NCBI GenBank assembly: GCA_951406725.2
Contig: OX597830.1
Span: 74,028,001-74,092,000, forward strand
Reading direction: 5' to 3'
Length of the DNA stretch: 64,000 nt
Source of the DNA: Octopus vulgaris
Lineage: Eukaryota
Part shown: positions 57,511 through 64,000 of the stretch, piece after piece
Position numbering within the stretch: position 1 is the stretch's first letter
Layout: every line of letters begins with the position of its first letter
Notes under the pieces: generated by a model
Told to the model about the DNA's origin: nothing
Seen by the model: only the letters and a program-made list of their open reading frames with translations
Databases searched by the model: none
Translations under genes and position numbers: made by a program

Positions 57511-57718
57511 ATGCATATATTGTTTCCGTAAGTTTAAAATCTTTGTACCAAAATCAACATCTGACAACATCTACGCATTCAAAGCAGTCTACTAACGGCC
57601 CTTTCTGCGACAAAACACCCTGATAAGCTAAGTGACTACTACTAAATTCAAGCCTAGACAGACAGAAAGTATGTTCTTGAAGCCGAGGATTTTAAAGTTA
57701 CTGAGTCAATGTTTACAT

Positions 57719-57824
57719 ATCACCTGAAGAAACAAAACTAGATCTCATAATGCATGGAAGCAGTTGCGTAATCAAGTGCCTGGACACCTGGAGAACTACG
57801 ATGCATCGAAACAATTGTAGTGGT
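57719..57824 (+). ncRNA. Type I hammerhead ribozyme motif (partner copy, stem II decayed)
   Basis: AUCAC-CUGAAGA-...-GAA-ACAAUUGU-A-GUGGU. Confidence 0.6.
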
Positions 57825-58051
57825 TAAAAAATAAGTGCCCAACCGTACCCCTTCTTGTTGACTCCAGCATCTTCAATTATACACACAGACGCAGACACAG
57901 AAACACACACACACATACATACATACATATATATATATATATGTATATATATACATATATATATGTGTGTGTATGTGTGTGTGTGTGTGTGTGTTTGTAT
58001 GCATGTATATATATGTGTGTGTGTATATATATACATATATATGTACGTATA

Positions 58052-58125
<74 letters not shown>

Positions 58126-58128
<3 letters not shown>

Positions 58129-59015
58129 TGACTGATGACTGAGGGCTTCGAATGTCCCGTCCTGTGGTTCTTGTGTCGTCTCTGTGGCGTTTCATGTTCT
58201 TGTCCATGTCTGTAATTATTTTTACTGTTTACCTATATAATCGGCGGCTACGTATCCACAATTGTCCTTATACGATAAGTATATTTTTTCTCAAGCATTG
58301 ATACGACTCTTAATCTTTCTTTCTTTCTCTCTCTCTCTCCTCCCTTATTCCCCCTCCTTTCTTTCCCTCTCCATCCGTTCCCCCCCCCCTTCTACGTTTC
58401 TCTATCTCTCTCACCTCCAGCCCCCTCGATCTGTCTCTTTCTTCTCCTCCCTCGTCCACCTTCTCTCTCTTTTCATCTGTCCCTTTCTCTTGTCTTTTGT
58501 TCTCACGTGACCGCTAGCCGCTGTTGAACGCTCTTTTCGTTCCAGCAGCCGTTGAAGCAACACGTACTTGTTCGTCTCCCTGTGGCCATTAGGCACAACT
58601 TCATAAGCTAGCCCCATGCTCAATTCGTCCTGTCGAAAGACCCTTGTCCTACGTCCTGGTTTTGTTTTGTTGTTTATTCTTTATACTTTATTTTTACCGT
58701 TATTGTTTTACGTTTTTGTATTCTTATTGTTGTCACGTATTCTGTATTTTTGTTCGTGTACTTCGTTCGTTTTCCGTCCTCGTGTTGTATACATTCGAAG
58801 CTTTCTTCCAGGGGATCTAATGCACTTGGCTTAGATTTCCCGTGGCGGGCTGGCCATATCGGAGCAATCTCAAGATTAATCAGCCGAAATTGCTAAGATG
58901 ATCTGGTTCTTGACTGATGACTGAGGGCTTCGAATGTCCCGTCCTGTGGTTCTTGTGTCGTCTCTGTGGCGTTTCATGTTCTTGTCCATGTCTGTAATTA
59001 TTTTTACTGTTTACC
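58126..59015 (+). mobile_element. Non-coding element with identical 108-bp terminal direct repeats (782-bp period), inserted in (TA)n
   Basis: 58126-58233 equals 58908-59015, with (TA)n on both flanks, no ORF and no TG...CA ends. Confidence 0.85.
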
Positions 59016-59016
59016 C

Positions 59017-59077
<61 letters not shown>

Positions 59078-59469
59078 TACATATATGAATATATGTATAT
59101 GTGTCTCCCCACGCCACTGTGTCTTATCACATATTCATTCGTAGAATACGTTCGTTCGGAGTTTTCGTTAGAATTTATGTACTACCGTTAAATACCTACT
59201 AACGCATTGCATATATAAGCCCACCAACATTTGAGATTAAATTAAGCTGGTTAGACCAATTGGCATTATCGAACAATTCCTTGCCAGCGAAATTGAACAT
59301 TAAATTAATGATGTGTTAGCAGTATTTCGTTTCATTGCCATAATGTACTCTCGCTCAAATCTAATATGTTTTTAGACAACGCTTTGTTACAAAGTTTGTA
59401 AATAATTCGTTTGTATGCGGACAGAACAAGAAAGGTCATTTGTACTCTTTACATTAATTTCTAATATCG

Positions 59470-59636
59470 CTTTTAAATTTTGGCACGAAGCCAACATGTT
59501 CGAGTGTAGGAAGTAAGTTGATTACATAGACCCCTGTATTGAGCTGGTATTGTTTTAATGATCTCAGAAGGATAAAAGGTAAAGTCAAGCTGAAGCGGAA
59601 TTTGAATCCAGAACCTAACGACGGACGAAACGCTGC
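59470..59636 (-). mobile_element. SINE family A copy (head lost or interrupted)
   Basis: Reverse complement of the family A core and tail. Confidence 0.7.
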
Positions 59637-59659
59637 TCAGTACAAATTGAACATGGGCG

Positions 59660-60043
59660 ATCATTGTATTCTTTCTTGTCTTGAGGTTCACAGCCAAACA
59701 GCTGGGTGGATTCGCATGAAAAATGGCACACATGTGAAAACATGTGCATAGATTGGAATGCAGTTTGTATTTTTTTCCTAGCCCCCATACTTACCGAGAA
59801 AATTGATTAAAACTTTTTCTAATAGAATTTCCCTCTTTCTTCTGCCATTAAAACCACCAGTTGCTTAGAAGCTGTTTTCTGACAGGGTGGGGTCAAGAAA
59901 TGTTCATATAGCTGGAGGCTTCAATCGAAACAGGGGACCCGAAATGATAACGTTGACAAACGCTGTTATAGTTTATGCCTAACCGAAAATGATTACAGCC
60001 ACATCATCCAAACAGACCGGGTGAAACCGGGCTTAGCTGCTAG
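59660..60043 (+). mobile_element. Non-autonomous Helitron-like element
   Basis: The 3' end has a GC-rich subterminal hairpin CCGGGTGAAACCGG ~10 nt before CTAG|T (60040-60044). The 5' region has a TTCACAGCCAAAC.GCTGG..GGATT..CATGAAA..TGGCACAC motif typical of short Helitron derivatives. The 5' boundary is uncertain. Confidence 0.6.
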
Positions 60044-60065
60044 TCTCTAATATAACTTATGTTAC

Positions 60066-60285
60066 TAAGGCGGCGAACTAGCTGAATCATTAACGGGACC
60101 GGCAAAATGTTTATGGGCATTTCGTCTGTCTTTACATTGTGAATTCAAATTCCACCGAGGTCGACTTTGCCTTCCATTCGTTCGGGAGTCGATATTATAA
60201 GTAGCAATTGAACACTGAGATCGATGCAATCGACTTACCCCCATCCCGAACTTGCTGGCCACGAGCCGAAATTTGGAAAATTACT
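60066..60285 (+). mobile_element. SINE family A copy
   Basis: AAGGCGGCGAACTAGC head, GAATTCAAATTCCACCGAGGTCGACTTTGCCTT core and short tail. Confidence 0.85.
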
Positions 60286-60544
60286 ATTACTAAGATTATA
60301 AGCAATATGTTTCTGAATACTTAAAGGGAGTCCACTTCTGACGAGGATTCCAAAATGAGTCATAATTTATGTACATATTTAGGACTGAGGGTGATTTAGT
60401 TGCTACTTTCATCAGAACCAACAACCATGCATATATATATATTCAAGTAGGTGAATGAATTATCCTATGTTTATCGTCAGCATGGAAAATTCGAGAGTAA
60501 AGGAATTTTGTTAACATCTTCGTTCGACTCCATTCTTTCATTTA

Positions 60545-60587
<43 letters not shown>

Positions 60588-60870
60588 ACAATTGCAGCGT
60601 GGAAGGTGTTTATAAACCATTTAAGAAACACACAAAAGCCGTTCGATTCACTTCAACATTTAAGTTTAATTTGTCAAAATATTTTCGTCGCTAAAATCCG
60701 CGACCTGTTCACTGACAAAAATCCGTGCTGCACTGATTTTTGTCAGTGAACAGGTCGCGGATTTTAGCGACGAAAATATTTTGACAAATTAAACTTAAAT
60801 GTTGAAGTGAATCGAACGGCTTTTGTGTGTTTCTTAAATGGCTTACAAACACCTTCCACGCTGCAATTGT
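60588..60870. repeat. 283-bp near-perfect palindrome (141-bp arms, 1-nt loop at 60729)
   Basis: The arms differ at 3 positions by manual comparison. Confidence 0.95.
60739..60788 (+). ncRNA. Hammerhead motif, G3-C8 core variant (mirror copy on - at 60670-60719)
   Basis: UUUGUCA-GUGAACA-G-GUCGC(GGAUUUUA)GCGAC-GAA-AAUAUU-U-UGACAAA. Stem I is 7 bp, stem II is 5 bp and stem III is palindromic. Confidence 0.6.
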
Positions 60871-60918
60871 TTTCATTTCAGCACACGATCTCAGAGCAAA
60901 TTACTTGCTATGCGAGTA

Positions 60919-61034
<116 letters not shown>

Positions 61035-61090
61035 ATATATATGTATGTATATATATATATTAATATATATGTATACATACATATATTTGA

Positions 61091-61138
<48 letters not shown>

Positions 61139-62189
61139 TTGTATGTATGCATATATACACACATAAACATACGTGCACAAACACACACACGCAAACACGG
61201 AAACAAACCCCCCACCCCCACCCCCACACAGGTCAATATTATTCCACGTGTGTTTTTAAGAATTGCAATCAGGTTGTGAACGGAGGGATGTCTGGTGCCC
61301 ACCTCCAGGCTACATCATATTTCAAATTACCATTAATACACTGTTTAATTCCACGGCACACTTATAAGCATAAGCGTTCCGGCCATGACCACTCCGTTCC
61401 ATCGGGAGTATCGGAAACTACGTTTGTTTAATGCATTCCAATCTCCACCTCACCAAAAACATTGAGGTGCGCTTTGACAAACGATTTTTGCTGGTATTTC
61501 TACATAAACCAAACCACCTAGCCCAACCAACCAACCAATCAACCACGTTGAAATAGCTGCCACATTCTATCAACCTTTCAAATAATTGGTCGTCTGATGT
61601 ATATCATTTATTCATTGATATCTTAATCGATCATGTTTACTCCATTGATTTATTCGCAACGTTTGCGGTTTGATGACAATTAGTGTGAAAGTAATGTTTT
61701 AAAGCGTTATCAAGGCTTCCCTTCACCTGAGTTGACCTTCAGTGCCAACGACCTATAATTCGCGTTCGCTTATTCGTTTATTCATATATTCGCTTATTCG
61801 TTTATTTAGTTATTCATTTGTATTTCTCTATTCATTTCCAATCCGATAATTTTTGAGCCCACGCAACTCTATCTTTGACTCTTTTTTTTTCCCCCGACTT
61901 AGTTATGTATATATGAAAGTATATATGTAATATGAGTGTAAGAATGTATTTACGTGAGTATGAAAAGTAAGTATATATGTGTGTATGTATGTATGTATAT
62001 ATGTATGTATGTAGGCATGTATGTTTGTATGTACGTACGAATGTGTATGTATGTATGTATGTATGTATGTATGTATGTATGTATGTATTGATATATTTTG
62101 CAGTTTTGTTTACCTGATGGTTTTGATAAAAATCAAATATATATATCTTTATATATATATATATATACATATCTATCTATCTATCTTTA

Positions 62190-62251
<62 letters not shown>

Positions 62252-62301
62252 CATACACACACACAGACACACACGCACATATATATATATATATATAAAT
62301 G

Positions 62302-62359
<58 letters not shown>

Positions 62360-62363
62360 AACC

Positions 62364-62439
<76 letters not shown>

Positions 62440-62612
62440 GTGCACACACACACACGCACACACAGGCATACATACACACACGCACACACACACATATATA
62501 TCATACAAACATATCATTCGCAAGTAACAATGGAATAAACACTTCTAAGTTATTTGAAAAGCATACCAACTTTACTGATATCCTATAAATAACATCCACA
62601 AAAAACAACAAT

Positions 62613-62644
<32 letters not shown>

Positions 62645-63131
62645 AAACAACAGCAACAACTACAACCACAAGACCAACAGTCACAACATAGACAAATCAA
62701 ATACAGAATACAAAAATCGAAATTTTACAAAATAATATTTAAAAAATGGAGAAAAAAAAGCACCAAACAAAAACAGGGGAAAAAAATCACTGAGAAATTT
62801 CAATGAATCACGTTGTATGACCATTTTTCTATAGAACTCGAACATTCAACCAAATAGCAGACAATTCCGTCAGTGATATTGTCTGACACCATATCTGAAA
62901 AGGTGTCAAAATAACGTTCCACTTCCATTAATATCATTTTCACTAATATACTTTCATTGATTAGTGAAATTCTAATAATACGCCAAGGTGATAGAGGGTT
63001 GGCTAATACATGATAATGTGGTATCATCATCAGCAGCAGCAGCAGCATCATCAGCATCGTCGGCATCATCGGCGTCGTCATCATCATCATCATCATCGTC
63101 GTCGTCATCTTTATTATTAATATTAATATAA

Positions 63132-63550
63132 TAAGACAGCGAGCAGACAGAATTGTTAGCGCACTAGACGAAATGCTTAGCGTTCTGAGTTCAAAATCCC
63201 CCCGAGGTCGACTTTGCCTTTCATCCTTTGGGGGTCAATAAATAAAGTACCAGTGAAACACTTGGGTCGATTTAATCGGCCAACCCCTTCCCCCCTAAAT
63301 TTCAGGCGTTGTGCCTGAAAGTAGAAAGGATTATTAATATTACTATTATTATTGAGTTCAAATTCGACTGAGCAAAATGCTTAGCGGCATTTCGCCTATC
63401 TTTACGTTCTGAGTTCAAATTCTGCCGGGGTCGACTTTGCCTTTCATCGTTTCGGGGTCTATAAAGTAAGCACTAATGAAATACTGGGGTCGATGTAATC
63501 GACTTAATCCCCTTTCCCAAGCTGCCCTTGCGGTAAAAAATTTGAAATCA
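63132..63550 (+). mobile_element. Two tandem SINE family A copies
   Basis: Cores at ~63182 and ~63406. Confidence 0.85.
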
Positions 63551-63605
63551 TCCTTATTAATATTATTATTATTATTATTATTAGTAGTAGTAGTAGTAGT
63601 AGTAG

Positions 63606-63690
63606 TAGACAGTTGCCCAAGGTGCCACGCAGTGGGACTGAACCCGAAACCATGAGGTTAGGAAGCAAGCTTCTTGCCACACACCCACGT
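63606..63690 (-). mobile_element. SINE family B 5' fragment
   Basis: TTGCCCAAGGTGCCACGCAGTGGGACTGAACCC is the reverse complement of the family B head. Confidence 0.85.
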
Positions 63691-64000
63691 CTTCACTTAT
63701 TATTACTTTTCTTACTGGTAATCGCAATCTGTAAATAAATAAAAATGCACAAACAGATACTGGCATTAAAAAAATATAAATGAACATTAAATAATTATGG
63801 TAACGAAGGAATCTCTGCTATAACAGGATTATCTTTATATTTTTTTTTATTCATTTATTTATTTATTTATTTATTCATTATACTTTACCATTTAGTTGTG
63901 GAACGACATAGTCTATAAACCAGTATTTAATAATATGAAAATAGCAAAATATAATTAAAAGATATGGCAAATAATTTGCATTAATAGGATGTGAAATTCA

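Larger units (their letters stand above)
57352..57880. mobile_element. Inverted pair of ~170-bp Penelope-like terminal repeats, each with a hammerhead motif
   Basis: 57352-57522 aligns with the reverse complement of 57707-57880 (diverged but colinear). Confidence 0.8.

Noticed and set aside
60330-60375. CTGACGA followed by a hairpin (similar partial cores at 13811, 28779, 35791, 6530)
   Set aside because: These lack a properly placed GAAA or stem I, so they cannot be called hammerheads.

Overview
An AT-rich, microsatellite-saturated eukaryotic window, most likely from an octopus or other cephalopod genome (inferred from the SINE families and the (TA)n/(TATC)n/(TACA)n load). I see no credible host protein-coding exon: nearly all listed ORFs are translated simple repeats. 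The non-simple sequence is mostly mobile DNA. It includes at least four tRNA-headed or related SINE families in dozens of copies, two 3' ends of a CR1/L2-type LINE, two remnants of restriction-like-endonuclease (R4/Dong-like) LINEs, mariner-, piggyBac- and Tc1-like MITEs or fragments, and a non-autonomous Helitron. The most interesting signal is a dispersed set of hammerhead-ribozyme-like motifs with palindromic stem III, typical of Penelope-like element termini. They occur in several unrelated repeat families, often inside long fold-back inverted repeats, and show all three compensatory states of the core 3:8 pair (C-G, U-A, G-C). One motif sits in a tRNA-promoter SINE (about 24.9-25.3 kb). 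Another appears in a non-circularly permuted strand order inside a 782-bp element with perfect 108-bp direct repeats (58.1-59.0 kb). All structures were paired by eye, ribozyme activity is untested, and boundaries of degenerate repeats are approximate.
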